The notes under the pieces were generated by a model that saw only the letters and a list, made by a program, of their open reading frames with translations, did no database searches and was not told where the DNA came from. 64,000 nucleotides of DNA, from the IMG/VR virus record IMGVR_UViG_3300047560_000921, positions 1 through 64,000 of that record; one strand, written 5' to 3'. Position numbers and translations under genes: made by a program. Positions within the stretch are counted from its first letter, which is position 1; each line of letters starts with the position of its first letter. Shown here piece after piece: positions 18,943-29,620 of this stretch.

Positions 18943-19206
18943 CTATTTGCCCAAAGCGGCTATCATCAAGTGCATTTCCAGCTCTGTAATACTTTCGTTT
19001 ATCCTGGCAACCAGTTCCCTGTACTGTATACCAGGGGGACGCTTCATGCGCCTACAGTCTACTTCCATATTACCCAACTTTTTTACTTGGCTATCTATAG
19101 TTGACAAATACTTACTAAGGTGTGTGGGATTAGTTGACGCTTTTCTGCCAATTTGGCGTAGTTGGGAGCTTACATCTCCCCAATCAAGACTAGAATGTAT
19201 TTCCAT
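18943..19206 (-). CDS. hypothetical protein (87 aa), probably leaderless early gene
   Basis: ATG 6 nt after TATAAT. Confidence 0.7.
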   Translation of the reverse strand: MEIHSSLDWGDVSSQLRQIGRKASTNPTHLSKYLSTIDSQVKKLGNMEVDCRRMKRPPGIQYRELVARINESITELEMHLMIAALGK

Positions 19207-19212
19207 TTGTGT

Positions 19213-19241
19213 ATTATAACACCAAATTCTTTTACTGTCAA
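19213..19241 (-). promoter_or_regulatory. early sigma70-type promoter
   Basis: TTGACA-17-TATAAT perfect consensus, back-to-back with the late box of the neck operon. Confidence 0.85.
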
Positions 19242-19247
19242 TTTAGG

Positions 19248-19253
19248 TAAATA
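19248..19253 (+). promoter_or_regulatory. late promoter box TAAATA (gp14-15 operon)
   Basis: Upstream of the AGGA RBS and ATG 19272. Confidence 0.6.
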
Positions 19254-19271
19254 TTGCTATTAGGACACGAA

Positions 19272-20279
19272 ATGGCACGTTTATCGCTTTGGAGAAACCA
19301 CAAAAGTAAGGACTATTATTTTATTGATAGTGCTGTAAAGAACCAATTTGAAATTGGCGGTACCGGCGTCTATGTACACAAATACCTAGGTCCAGACGTA
19401 AGTGATCAAAAAGTTAAAAATAAAGACATTCCTGAAATAACTATCCAAGACGTTGTTTTCATGGAAAACAGGGATCGTAAATATGAAACTGATGTTTATG
19501 AGCTTCGTGGTGTTTATCAAGTAAGCGATGCCGACTTTGATCTAAGTCAGTTTGGACTATTTTTACAAACTGATACAATTTTTATTACATTCCATATCAA
19601 TGACATGATTGCAAGAATGGGACGTAAGCTAATGGCCGGTGACGTATTAGAGTTGCCGCACCAAATCGACGACACTGCACTAGACACTACTAAAGCTCCG
19701 GTTAAGAAGTTTTATGTTGTACAAGATGCTAGCAAAGGACAAGAAGGTTATAGCCCTACATGGTGGCCGCATATTTGGCGTGTTAAATGTGTGCCGTTAA
19801 CTGACAGTCAAGAATACAAGCAGATTCTCGGAGATCCTAATGATCCTAACAGTATCAGCGCACAACAAAGTACATTGAATACACTGTTAGATATCACCGA
19901 TGCTATTGTAGCAGAAGCAGAATCTAATAGCCCAACAGTTACTCCATTGACACAACACCTAGTTAACTATGCAGATGAAACTCCGGGATGGGAACCAGGA
20001 CAGGCGGTGCCAATTGGAGATTCATTCCCAATGGAACCTAATCAAGGAGACTTGTACATTCGTAGCGACTTTAAACCGCATCGTTTATTCCAGTATCGCG
20101 GTAAACGCTGGCACAGAATGTACGATAACGTTGACACTAGCACATGGACTAGCAAAACAATCAACGCTGGTGGCTTTATCAATAACGAAAACGTTACGGC
20201 CATTGGCAAGCGCGAATTTGATGAACGTCAAGCTCTTAGCAAAATTGTTACTAACAGAAAACCTAAGGCGGACAATTAA
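19272..20279 (+). CDS. gp14: neck/head-closure protein (gp14-like)
   Basis: Start MARLSLW; 'LSQFGLF...D...ITF', 'GDVLELPH'; precedes the gp15-like gene. Confidence 0.7.
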   Translation: MARLSLWRNHKSKDYYFIDSAVKNQFEIGGTGVYVHKYLGPDVSDQKVKNKDIPEITIQDVVFMENRDRKYETDVYELRGVYQVSDADFDLSQFGLFLQTDTIFITFHINDMIARMGRKLMAGDVLELPHQIDDTALDTTKAPVKKFYVVQDASKGQEGYSPTWWPHIWRVKCVPLTDSQEYKQILGDPNDPNSISAQQSTLNTLLDITDAIVAEAESNSPTVTPLTQHLVNYADETPGWEPGQAVPIGDSFPMEPNQGDLYIRSDFKPHRLFQYRGKRWHRMYDNVDTSTWTSKTINAGGFINNENVTAIGKREFDERQALSKIVTNRKPKADN

Positions 20280-21628
20280 TGCAACAATTCTTTTATGACC
20301 AACAAGTTAAACGCTATCTAGAGCAATTCATGCGCCTGTTCGCAGGCCTTAGTGTTCGCATGGGCGTAGACAAAGACGGAACTGAAATATTCCAACGTGT
20401 GCCTATTCGTTATGGCGATACTAGCCGTATGGTTGCACATATTTTGGCTAACAACAGTGAAAATGCTCTGAACACTGTGCCAATGATTAGTGTACACATT
20501 CAAGCATTTAACATGAATGCCGCACGTAGAAACAATCCTACGTTCCAAGACAAAGTACAAGTATATGAAAAACGATACAACAAAGACTTGGGCGTATATG
20601 AAAACAACACTGGCGATACTTACACTGTCGAACGTTACATGCCTGTGCCTTATGACTTAGAAGTAGTATGTGACATTTGTACTAGCAACACTGACCAGAA
20701 GATGCAAATCTTAGAGCAGCTGGCTGTGGCTTTTAACCCTGGTGTTAACATTCGCAGTAGCGGTAACGTATTCGATTGGAGTGCGTTAACTTACGTAGAA
20801 ATGACTAATGTACAGTGGAGTAACCGTAGCTTGCCAGTGGGCAATGACGAGCAATTAGACTTTGCCACTGTTACATTCTTAATGCCAATATGGATCAACC
20901 CTCCTGCTAAGGTCAAGCGTCAGGTTCTTATCTATAACATCATTGGGAGTATTCAAACTGCTTCAAGTAGTTTTGATTTAAGTACTTTCCCAGAAACGTT
21001 TACTACCGATGAGCCAACCACTAAACAATACTTGGTACTTACATTTGAGAACTATAAGATTGATGTAGAAGGTGATAAAGTTTACTTGCTTAACAGTATA
21101 GGACAAAACGTTGGTGCAGATTGGTTAAATGAAATCAAGCCTTATGGCGAACTGCGTCCGGGTGTTAGTCAGTTACGTTTACGTCCTAGCGAAGCAGTGA
21201 ATCCTGGATTCAAAGACGATGACATCATTGGTACTATTGTCTATGACGAAGATCCTAATCGCTTACACTTTACTATTGACAGAAATACATTACCGGCCGA
21301 TACTTTAAGTATGGTTAACGGTATTATTGACCCTAGCAAGAACGCACCAGGACAAGGTAACTTGCCACATGCCGCTGTTGGTCAGAGATATTTGTTAATT
21401 GCAGAAACTCCTGACATTCCTGAATGGAATAATGTAGGTGGTAAGCCTAACGACATTATTCAGTTTAACGGAACAAACTGGTACATCGCATTTAATAGTG
21501 CAACAGAGCAGGAACTAAATATTGTAACTAATGCTAACACTATGTTAAAATACAAGTGGGTAGACGGAGAATGGATAGACGTTTACCAAGGCATATACAA
21601 AGAAGGTTACTGGAGATTATATCTGTGA
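20279..21628 (+). CDS. gp15: tail sheath stabiliser/terminator (gp15-like) with C-terminal extension
   Basis: 'FFYD.Q.KRY...F..LF', 'VPI.YG', 'MPVPYDL', 'QILEQ....FNP', 'WINPP'. Confidence 0.8.
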   Translation: MQQFFYDQQVKRYLEQFMRLFAGLSVRMGVDKDGTEIFQRVPIRYGDTSRMVAHILANNSENALNTVPMISVHIQAFNMNAARRNNPTFQDKVQVYEKRYNKDLGVYENNTGDTYTVERYMPVPYDLEVVCDICTSNTDQKMQILEQLAVAFNPGVNIRSSGNVFDWSALTYVEMTNVQWSNRSLPVGNDEQLDFATVTFLMPIWINPPAKVKRQVLIYNIIGSIQTASSSFDLSTFPETFTTDEPTTKQYLVLTFENYKIDVEGDKVYLLNSIGQNVGADWLNEIKPYGELRPGVSQLRLRPSEAVNPGFKDDDIIGTIVYDEDPNRLHFTIDRNTLPADTLSMVNGIIDPSKNAPGQGNLPHAAVGQRYLLIAETPDIPEWNNVGGKPNDIIQFNGTNWYIAFNSATEQELNIVTNANTMLKYKWVDGEWIDVYQGIYKEGYWRLYL

Positions 21629-22116
21629 AGACTGTTAGCGCAACTGGAGCAATATTTTATAGTATAAACACTAACAGAGTGTTAATGCAGTTGCGTAGCA
21701 CAGAATGTAGTTTTCCACTTACATGGAGTTTATGGGGTGGCAAACGTGAACACGATGAGCGCCCTGTGCAAACTTTACTGCGTGAAATTCAAGAAGAAAT
21801 TGGCTTTGTACCTGAGCTAATTAAAGTATATCCCTTACATCAATATCAAAGCAGAGACGGTGGCTTTGTATATGATAGTTTTTGTTGTGTCGTGCAAGAC
21901 GAATTCATCCCAAACATTAATCACGAAAGTGCAGGATACTGCTGGATTAATTTAGGCCATTGGCCTAAGCCGTTGCATCAAGGTGCTAAGAGTCTGTTGC
22001 TTAGTAAAAGTTTCCGTAACAAACTAGATGCGATGATTAAACATATAAGAACAAAAGATCATGACAGCGAAAGTAATACCATTTCCTATTACACAGCCCG
22101 CACAGCCGCAGTATAA
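21625..22116 (+). CDS. NUDIX hydrolase
   Basis: Nudix box GGKREHDERPVQTLLREIQEEIG; probable GTG start overlapping the gp15 stop. Confidence 0.88.
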   Translation: MKTVSATGAIFYSINTNRVLMQLRSTECSFPLTWSLWGGKREHDERPVQTLLREIQEEIGFVPELIKVYPLHQYQSRDGGFVYDSFCCVVQDEFIPNINHESAGYCWINLGHWPKPLHQGAKSLLLSKSFRNKLDAMIKHIRTKDHDSESNTISYYTARTAAV

Positions 22117-22456
22117 GTTAGTAGAGTTCAGAAGTATAGACTTACTACATTGTTGGTCTAAACAATTTTTCAATCCGTATCTCAATCGTCTTTATCAAGA
22201 CAACATCAGTTATGTGCAACGTTGGTATTTTGAAGTTGCACACTGTTTCAATTTAGAAAATACCACAGCCGTATCAAAACAATTAATTTACGACCATGAA
22301 TTTAGAGAAGGGCTCATTAAGGCCTGTGATTTAGATTTTGACCGTTGTCAGCATTATGCACAGTACGCCGAGTATGAAGCGGCCGCACTGTACTGGATGC
22401 CAAAGTTAAAACGCTGGAAAGGCAAGTTTGTTGCTTGCCGTTCACTTGCCGCGTAG
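22061..22456 (+). CDS. hypothetical protein (131 aa)
   Basis: ORF track; last gene of the plus-strand operon. Confidence 0.65.
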   Translation: MTAKVIPFPITQPAQPQYKLVEFRSIDLLHCWSKQFFNPYLNRLYQDNISYVQRWYFEVAHCFNLENTTAVSKQLIYDHEFREGLIKACDLDFDRCQHYAQYAEYEAAALYWMPKLKRWKGKFVACRSLAA

Positions 22457-25400
22457 TTCAATCAATTCTGCTTTTACAGCATCTAGCTCTGCTTTTAAGT
22501 CTTTGATACTTTCAATCAATAGACCCACCATGCTGCCGTAGTTAACAGATAGGATGTCGCCTTCATGTCCTGCTTTAACTGCTTCTGGTAATACCTTTTG
22601 TACTTCCTGAGCAATTACACCAGTACCATGAGTCTTGGTATCGATACGTGTAAATGTTACACCACGTAGTTGTAATACTTTTCCTAACGCATCTGGAATA
22701 ACTTGTACATTCTCTTTTAGTCTAGCGTCAGAGTAAGCTGTAACTTCACCCGTTGCAGTAATGTCGCCGCGACAGTCTAATGCGCCATGACGCATACCAG
22801 TGTAGCCTGTGCCTGCACTCCAGCCGTATGTGCTGAATACGTTATCGGTATCTAAACCAAAGTGAGCGCCGTATACACCTTCTCTGTGGAAGCTGATGTT
22901 ACATGCACCGCTACCTGCGTTGTTGATTTCCAATTGGCTGCTGTTACCTGTTGCCAACGTTACGCCAGTCATACGTGGAGTAATTTTAGCAGTAGTTTGT
23001 AAACCAGCAAACCAACTGTAGCCAGCGCCGATGCCGCCACTTACAACTAATGCACCACTAGCAGTGCTAGAACTTCCAGTTGTATTAGTAATGCTGATTG
23101 CGCTACCTGTACTGCTTCCGCGGCCGGTTACACTACTTAATGTGTCTGCTTCAGTTGCAGTTACAGTTACAGTCTTGTTTGTGCTGTTAAAGCTAACGCT
23201 GGCAATACCTGCGCCAGCAAAACGTAAACTGTCAGTATTTGAACCTGCACTGAATTGGGTAGTACCTGCACTGTCTGCAATGTTCTTGAAGATATTTTGT
23301 GCAGAACCTTTATCAGTGTTAGTTACACGCAATGCCACGTTAGTAGTATCAACGTCAACATCAACACCGGCGCCACTTACTACACGTAAGTTTGTACCAA
23401 CTGCACTTGTACCAGTTGCGCTCCATATAAATCCGCTGTCCGAATCAACTGCCTGGACTGTTTGTAGTGCGCTTAGTGTTGTTGTGCTTAGACTTGTAAT
23501 GTGGCCAGATGCGTTGACAGCAATAACCGGAATAGCATTACTTGCACCGTATGTACCACTTGTAACACCGCTGTTAGCGTGAGTCAATGTTACTGAACCT
23601 GTGCTTGCACTTGCTACAATTGGAGTTGTAGCTGTGATGCTAGTTACACCAGTGTTAGTGATTGTAACTGCACCAGTGGCGCCACTTACACTAATACCTG
23701 TGCCGGCCACGTTGCTTGTTACACCTGTGTTAGTTACTGTAACTGCGGCGTTGTTAGTTCCACTACCACTAATACTAATACCAGTGCCTGCACCAACTGT
23801 AGCGACATAGTTGCCAGAAGTTTCTGTACTTAAACTGATTGTAGCTGAACCAAAACGGATATCATAGTAGTTAGTTCCGTCATTGGTAATTTGCCATTTG
23901 CCGCTAGATCCGTTTTCTAACCAACGTAGTGCCGTTGTAGCTTGTGCTCCGCGGCGCACTTCGATACCTGCGTTCTCTGTCGGAGTACCGCTAGTATAGT
24001 CACTATTCAATGTAACGATATTATCTGCTACGCTTAATGTAGCAGTGTTGATTGTTGTAGTTGTACCTGCAACAGTTAAGTTTCCGCCTACGTACAAGTT
24101 CTTAGCAATACCAACACCACCTGTTACTATTACAGAACCAGTTGTTGCACTAGTAGAATCTGTTGCGTCAGAGAATGTACTTGGCACTACATGACTTACA
24201 GAACTTGCCGTTATAGTCATAGCGTTGTTAATGTTTAAGCTAGATGTATTTGAGTTAAACGCAATACCTGTGCTGGCAACACCTATCGTCTTATTGCCTG
24301 AACCAGTTGTTGTAACCCAAGTTGGATACAATACTGTGTTAGTGCTGTAGTCACTGACTGCTACTGTGCTTGCATTTACACTAGTTAAACCAGATCCGTT
24401 GCCTGTCACAGTTCCGCCAACTTGCAAGTTGCCGCCGATACCTACACCGCCTGTTACAACTACTGCACCAGTCGATGTGGTTGTACTAGCAGTTGCATTG
24501 GTAAATGTTACTGCTGTACTTGTTGTTGCTCCGCGGCTTGTAACAGTTGCCAGTGTATCTGTTTCGGCGAATGATGTCACGCTACCGCTTATTACACGAC
24601 CTTTGGCATCAACTGTTACAGTGTTGTATGTGCCTGCTGTGACGCCAGTGTTAGAAAGAGTTGCTGTAATACTTGTGCTACCCGATCCACTAACGTCGCC
24701 GCTAATGCTAATAGTTTGGTTGCCTGTCAGGTAAGCAGTATTTGAACCTGCTGTTACACGACCTTTAGTGTCTACAGTTACAGTGTTGTATGTACCTGCA
24801 CCGACTCCGCTAGTTGCTAAGGTTGCTGTATTTGAACCAGCGTTAATTGTAATATCACCGCTAATAGCTGGTTGAATGATTTGCCATGTGCTACCTGTGT
24901 CGCGATATAATGTGTTAACTGTAGTATCAATATACATACGGCCAACTGTACCTGCCGCTGGGCGGTTTACAGTTGTATCAACTTGTACGCTTACTGCATT
25001 ACCCGCATTGATAACTTGCAAGCTGTTGGCAACGTTTGCCAAGCCCACATCCGTTTTGGTCAATGAAACTGCGCCTGTCTTACCAGCTACGCTAGAAACA
25101 GGATATACAATGCTTAGGTTACCTACTTGAGTAACTTGGCCTTTGCTGTTAACTGTTAACTGTGGCACTGCTGTAGTAGTACCGTACTGGCCGATGGTTG
25201 CGTTTACATCTGCCAATGTTAAGTTAATGCTAGTAGTTCCAGAACCAGTTGCATCTCCACTTACTGTAATAGTCTGGTTACCTGTAATATATGATGCGTT
25301 GCTGCCGCTAGTTACACGACCTTTGGCGTCAACTGTAACAGTGTTATATGTACCTGCGCTTACGCCTGTAGTTGCCAATGTTGCTGTTGTACCGCCGGCA

Positions 25401-28400
25401 CTGATTGCAATATCACCTGTAATTGCAGGAGTTTGTAATTCCCAACCAGTACCAGAATCTCTATAAATGCTTCTTGTATCTGTACTAATCCAAATACGGC
25501 CAGCAGTACCGAACAATGGTCTTGTGCTAGCAATACCTTGTGCAATGCTAGGCGTGTTGCCTGCATTAATAACTTGTAAACTGTTTACAACGTTGTTTAA
25601 TCCAACATCAGTATTAGTTAAAGTAACTGCACCTGTCTTACCAGCTACACTAGACACTGCATTGACTACGGCATTTGTTGTTACGCTAGTAATACGACCT
25701 TTGGCATCAACAGTAAAGCTAGGAATCGACGATCCAGTACCATATGTACCAGCAGTAACACCGGTTACCATCAATGATGTAGATATACTAGTTGTACCAG
25801 AACCTGTTACGTCACCGTTAAGTGTAATCGTTTGATTACCGGTTAGATATGCGGTATTTAAACCAGTTGTTACACGACCATATGCATCTACAGAAACTGT
25901 GTTATATGTGCCTGCGGTGACACCAGTAGTAGCTAAGTCAATGTTGTCTGCGTTAACAACAATGCGACTTGTACTTGCTGTACCAATATCAAGCTGGCTG
26001 TAAGTTTTGTACAGGCCGGCACCGGCTGTCACTTGCGGAGCACTTAAGAATACACCAAATGTTAGTGGAGTAACGTCTAGTGTAATCGGAGCAGGAGTTG
26101 TTAATACAAAACTGTAAGCGGCAAAAGTATCACCGTATAGAACAGGCATATAAACGCCGGTTTGCATTTCAGCTGAAGAATTCAAGTCTACGCTACGAGC
26201 CCATGGGCCAGCGGCTGCAACATATACACCGTTTTGACTAGCTGTGTTTTGTGCTTTAACTAAAACTCTATCACCTGCAACAAGTTGATAGTTGTCAATC
26301 ATTGGCAAGCCCGACAACGTAATGTCAGCAGTCGTTGCCACTGCCACTGGATCTTTGGCAGAAATGTTTGATAATCCGTAAAGAGCTTGATCTACGTATG
26401 CTTTGCTTGCGGCGTGTGCTGGTAAATCTGGAGTCAATACAGACAAGTAACCAGCCATAGAATCACCTGCTCGGTTAACAGGAGTATATCCAAGAGTAGT
26501 TGTAATGTCGCTATCAGTTAATGGCACATTACTTGCACTAGTAATACGGCCTTTACCGTCGATAACCAATTGCGGGAAAGTCACGCCGCCGCCATATGTG
26601 CCCGATGTAACACCCGTTGATGCTAATGTTAAACCTGCACTTACGTTACCAGATCCATTGAAGTTTACGGTCCAGCTAGCATCGCCTGTAGCAGTAATAC
26701 TACGAGTTGTTTGTAGTGTGCCAGCTGTGCTTGCATTGCCGCTTAAACTAGCAGTGATAGTTCCTGCGCTAAAGTTACCGACTGCATCCCTGTAAACAAT
26801 AGTACTTGGAGTATTTGCATTGGTTGCATTGCTGGTAATAATACCAGTCAACGAATCGTAACTTAATCCGTTACCACTTACGCTGATAGCACTTCTTGCT
26901 CTTGCATTAGTAAAGAATAGCTTGCTTATACCTTCTATAATACCGTCGGTATTTGGTGTTGTATAACTCATTACACCTGTTGCACTGTTGTACGACAAGT
27001 TTCCGCTTGCACTAATGCTACTACGAGCTCGTAGCGTTGTAAAGTATAAGTTGTTGTAACCTTCTAAAATTTCATCGGTAGTGTCTTTAGTAGCAACAGC
27101 GTCGTCTACATATTGTTTTGTTGCCAATTGGTTTGGCATAGTAGGGGCATTGGCGCTAACTGTTCCGTTAACTTGTAGAGCATCGATGCCATTATCAAAA
27201 GAATTAATCAATACACGGCCAGCGCCGTTGACTTTAAGCCTATCGTTGCCAGCGGTAACAATACTAATCTCGTTGGCTGCTGGGCTAAACAATCCTGCCG
27301 ATGTAGTCGTGCCAAAGTACAAGCCAGGGTCAGTTACAGTACCAATAGCAAGTCCAAGTGCTCCGGACATTACGTCTCCTGCACGGTTAACTGGAGTGTA
27401 ACCCAGGTAATTCTTAATGTCTAAACTGGTTAATTGGCTACCTGCAAATGCGCGGCCTTTACTATCTACACTTAGCTTTGTGTATGTACCGCTGGTAATA
27501 CCAGTTGTGCTCAGCGTACTGTTTCCTGCGTTTGCAGGAATAATAACATCACCAGTTACAGCTGGTCGTAAAATTTCCCATGCACCACCGTTGTCACGAG
27601 CAATACTTAATGTATCTGTAGCAATATACAAACGTCCGACTACACTGGCAGCAGGACGGTTAGCAGTTAAGCCTGCAAGTACACCAGGAACGTTACCATA
27701 GTTAACTACTTGGACTTGGTTAGTAACGTTACTCAAACTAACATCGCTAGGTGTTAGCACAATAGCACCGTAACGTCCTGCTACACTAGTAACAGGGAAA
27801 GCAATAGGATTATCCTGTGCTGTGATAATTCTACCTTTGCTATCGACAATAGCAGAGAATGAACTTGTTGTGCTACCGTATGTTCCAGCAGATACGCCAG
27901 TGTCTGCTAATGTAGTAGTAATGTTTGTTGTACCAGTACCAGTTACATCTCCGTTGATAGTAATCGATTCGTTGGCTGTTAGGAATACTTCGCTGCCTAA
28001 TGCAGTAATGCGGCCTTTAGTGTCAATAGTTAAACCATTCCATGTACCCGCAGTAACGCCTGTGTCAGCAAGAGTAATAGCAATGTCAGTTTTACCTGTA
28101 CCGGTTGCATCACCGGTAAAGTTTAATGTTTGGTTTTCAGTTAGATAATTATTTTCTACTGCCCCAACAACACGGCCGTATTCGTCGATGGTTAAACCAT
28201 TATATGTACCTTGTAGTACATCTACAATGGCCAAGTCTAAGCCGGCCGCATTGGCAGTAATTCTACTTGCATTACCTAGTTTGGCGCTTAATGTATTTCC
28301 GGAAAACTCAATGCCTGGGCCAGCTACTAAACTACCTACGCCAGTGAACTGCACAAAGTCCAATGGAGTTACATCAAGTTCCACTGTTTCTTTAGTAGTT

Positions 28401-28849
28401 AAAATCCAACCAGTTCTAGCCCATTGCTGGCCTTCTGTAACAAGGGCATACATACCAGATGTAATGTCAGAGCTAGTGTTTGCATCCTCTGCTCGTGTTA
28501 ACGGTACACCAGCGCCGTTATATGTATAGATACCGTTTTGGGGTCTAAATGTTTGTCCTACTAGGAAAATTCTATCGCCGGCTTGCGGATCATGTCCGTC
28601 AATTTCAGCAGGTGCTATAGCAATGTTAATATTGTTGCGAGCAAGTAAATGACAGTTAGCTTTTACGTCTAAGCCTTGGGCAACACTGTCCACATAGGCT
28701 TTAGTTACAGCATGATTTAAGTCTGTAGGAGGTTGTTGTAGCACTAAGTGGCCACGGATTACTTCTAAATCACCTACTTCGTTAACTAGAATTTGATCCT
28801 GGTTATCAGTGTTTAAGATGTACTTACTTTGAGCTTTGGTTTTTAGCAT
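22442..28849 (-). CDS. long tail fibre protein (2135 aa) with C-terminal intramolecular chaperone (peptidase S74-type)
   Basis: About 12 'GTY..VTVD.KGRV' repeats; C-terminal 'YSDARLKENV...GVIAQEV...VNYG'; TAAATA at 28876-28881. Confidence 0.88.
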   Translation of the reverse strand: MLKTKAQSKYILNTDNQDQILVNEVGDLEVIRGHLVLQQPPTDLNHAVTKAYVDSVAQGLDVKANCHLLARNNINIAIAPAEIDGHDPQAGDRIFLVGQTFRPQNGIYTYNGAGVPLTRAEDANTSSDITSGMYALVTEGQQWARTGWILTTKETVELDVTPLDFVQFTGVGSLVAGPGIEFSGNTLSAKLGNASRITANAAGLDLAIVDVLQGTYNGLTIDEYGRVVGAVENNYLTENQTLNFTGDATGTGKTDIAITLADTGVTAGTWNGLTIDTKGRITALGSEVFLTANESITINGDVTGTGTTNITTTLADTGVSAGTYGSTTSSFSAIVDSKGRIITAQDNPIAFPVTSVAGRYGAIVLTPSDVSLSNVTNQVQVVNYGNVPGVLAGLTANRPAASVVGRLYIATDTLSIARDNGGAWEILRPAVTGDVIIPANAGNSTLSTTGITSGTYTKLSVDSKGRAFAGSQLTSLDIKNYLGYTPVNRAGDVMSGALGLAIGTVTDPGLYFGTTTSAGLFSPAANEISIVTAGNDRLKVNGAGRVLINSFDNGIDALQVNGTVSANAPTMPNQLATKQYVDDAVATKDTTDEILEGYNNLYFTTLRARSSISASGNLSYNSATGVMSYTTPNTDGIIEGISKLFFTNARARSAISVSGNGLSYDSLTGIITSNATNANTPSTIVYRDAVGNFSAGTITASLSGNASTAGTLQTTRSITATGDASWTVNFNGSGNVSAGLTLASTGVTSGTYGGGVTFPQLVIDGKGRITSASNVPLTDSDITTTLGYTPVNRAGDSMAGYLSVLTPDLPAHAASKAYVDQALYGLSNISAKDPVAVATTADITLSGLPMIDNYQLVAGDRVLVKAQNTASQNGVYVAAAGPWARSVDLNSSAEMQTGVYMPVLYGDTFAAYSFVLTTPAPITLDVTPLTFGVFLSAPQVTAGAGLYKTYSQLDIGTASTSRIVVNADNIDLATTGVTAGTYNTVSVDAYGRVTTGLNTAYLTGNQTITLNGDVTGSGTTSISTSLMVTGVTAGTYGTGSSIPSFTVDAKGRITSVTTNAVVNAVSSVAGKTGAVTLTNTDVGLNNVVNSLQVINAGNTPSIAQGIASTRPLFGTAGRIWISTDTRSIYRDSGTGWELQTPAITGDIAISAGGTTATLATTGVSAGTYNTVTVDAKGRVTSGSNASYITGNQTITVSGDATGSGTTSINLTLADVNATIGQYGTTTAVPQLTVNSKGQVTQVGNLSIVYPVSSVAGKTGAVSLTKTDVGLANVANSLQVINAGNAVSVQVDTTVNRPAAGTVGRMYIDTTVNTLYRDTGSTWQIIQPAISGDITINAGSNTATLATSGVGAGTYNTVTVDTKGRVTAGSNTAYLTGNQTISISGDVSGSGSTSITATLSNTGVTAGTYNTVTVDAKGRVISGSVTSFAETDTLATVTSRGATTSTAVTFTNATASTTTSTGAVVVTGGVGIGGNLQVGGTVTGNGSGLTSVNASTVAVSDYSTNTVLYPTWVTTTGSGNKTIGVASTGIAFNSNTSSLNINNAMTITASSVSHVVPSTFSDATDSTSATTGSVIVTGGVGIAKNLYVGGNLTVAGTTTTINTATLSVADNIVTLNSDYTSGTPTENAGIEVRRGAQATTALRWLENGSSGKWQITNDGTNYYDIRFGSATISLSTETSGNYVATVGAGTGISISGSGTNNAAVTVTNTGVTSNVAGTGISVSGATGAVTITNTGVTSITATTPIVASASTGSVTLTHANSGVTSGTYGASNAIPVIAVNASGHITSLSTTTLSALQTVQAVDSDSGFIWSATGTSAVGTNLRVVSGAGVDVDVDTTNVALRVTNTDKGSAQNIFKNIADSAGTTQFSAGSNTDSLRFAGAGIASVSFNSTNKTVTVTATEADTLSSVTGRGSSTGSAISITNTTGSSSTASGALVVSGGIGAGYSWFAGLQTTAKITPRMTGVTLATGNSSQLEINNAGSGACNISFHREGVYGAHFGLDTDNVFSTYGWSAGTGYTGMRHGALDCRGDITATGEVTAYSDARLKENVQVIPDALGKVLQLRGVTFTRIDTKTHGTGVIAQEVQKVLPEAVKAGHEGDILSVNYGSMVGLLIESIKDLKAELDAVKAELIELRGK

Positions 28850-28884
28850 TTGAATTCCAAACGGTTATATCCTAATATTTATTC

Positions 28885-28910
28885 AAAAAAATAGCGGCCG
28901 AAGCCGCTAT
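28885..28910 (-). terminator. T4-style C(UUCG)G tetraloop terminator
   Basis: ATAGCGGC-TTCG-GCCGCTAT-TTTTTT on the minus strand. Confidence 0.85.
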
Positions 28911-28927
28911 ACTAAAAACTAAGCAAA

Positions 28928-29620
28928 TTATTCTAAGTTAGGCTCTACTAAGTCGGTAGTGTAAGCAAAACTGCCCACATGCTGTAGCTTAGTGCTTAAC
29001 TCATTGTCGACTTGCACCGTATATCCCGCAGATTTCAATGCCCTACAGTGATACATGTCTTCGCCCATGTGATCATCGCTTTTAGCTTGATACTCTAAGG
29101 CGAACCATGGCTTAGGAAGTACTTTATAAACGTCAGTGCGTTCTAACATACAGCCCATGCCAATACCTTCTACTTCAGTAAGTCCTTTTGTATTTTTATC
29201 ATGAACAAGATAACTGCGCCAATCTAAAATTCTCTTATAAGCTACAGTTTTAAAAGGTGTTCTGCGAGTAGCATAATTACCTGCAACAACTGCCTTATCA
29301 TGAGCTAGTAGTCGTTCCACTGTGTCTTTAGGGAATCCCATGTCGCTGTCAATCCACATAATATGTGTAGCTCCAACATCTAAGGCTTGCTGAACTAGTG
29401 TTTCTCTCTGATTTACTACCAGGGTACCCATGTTAAAATGTACGCTGGTTCTAATACCTTTTTGTGCGTTATAGTTCATTAGTTCTGCTAGGCCAAAAGC
29501 AAAAACAGTATGTACCATATCCCTACTAGGAACACAAATTGCCACGCTAACATTTTCTAAAGATTGCTCTTTAGACTGTGATTGCAATGGCTTTTGTAAT
29601 GCGTTTTTAAGTAAACTCAT
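28928..29620 (-). CDS. GT-A fold glycosyltransferase (GT2-like)
   Basis: 'AICVPS', 'R..LV..AL', DxD motif WIDSD, 'GMGCML', 'GED..HC', 'HVG'. Confidence 0.82.
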   Translation of the reverse strand: MSLLKNALQKPLQSQSKEQSLENVSVAICVPSRDMVHTVFAFGLAELMNYNAQKGIRTSVHFNMGTLVVNQRETLVQQALDVGATHIMWIDSDMGFPKDTVERLLAHDKAVVAGNYATRRTPFKTVAYKRILDWRSYLVHDKNTKGLTEVEGIGMGCMLERTDVYKVLPKPWFALEYQAKSDDHMGEDMYHCRALKSAGYTVQVDNELSTKLQHVGSFAYTTDLVEPNLE

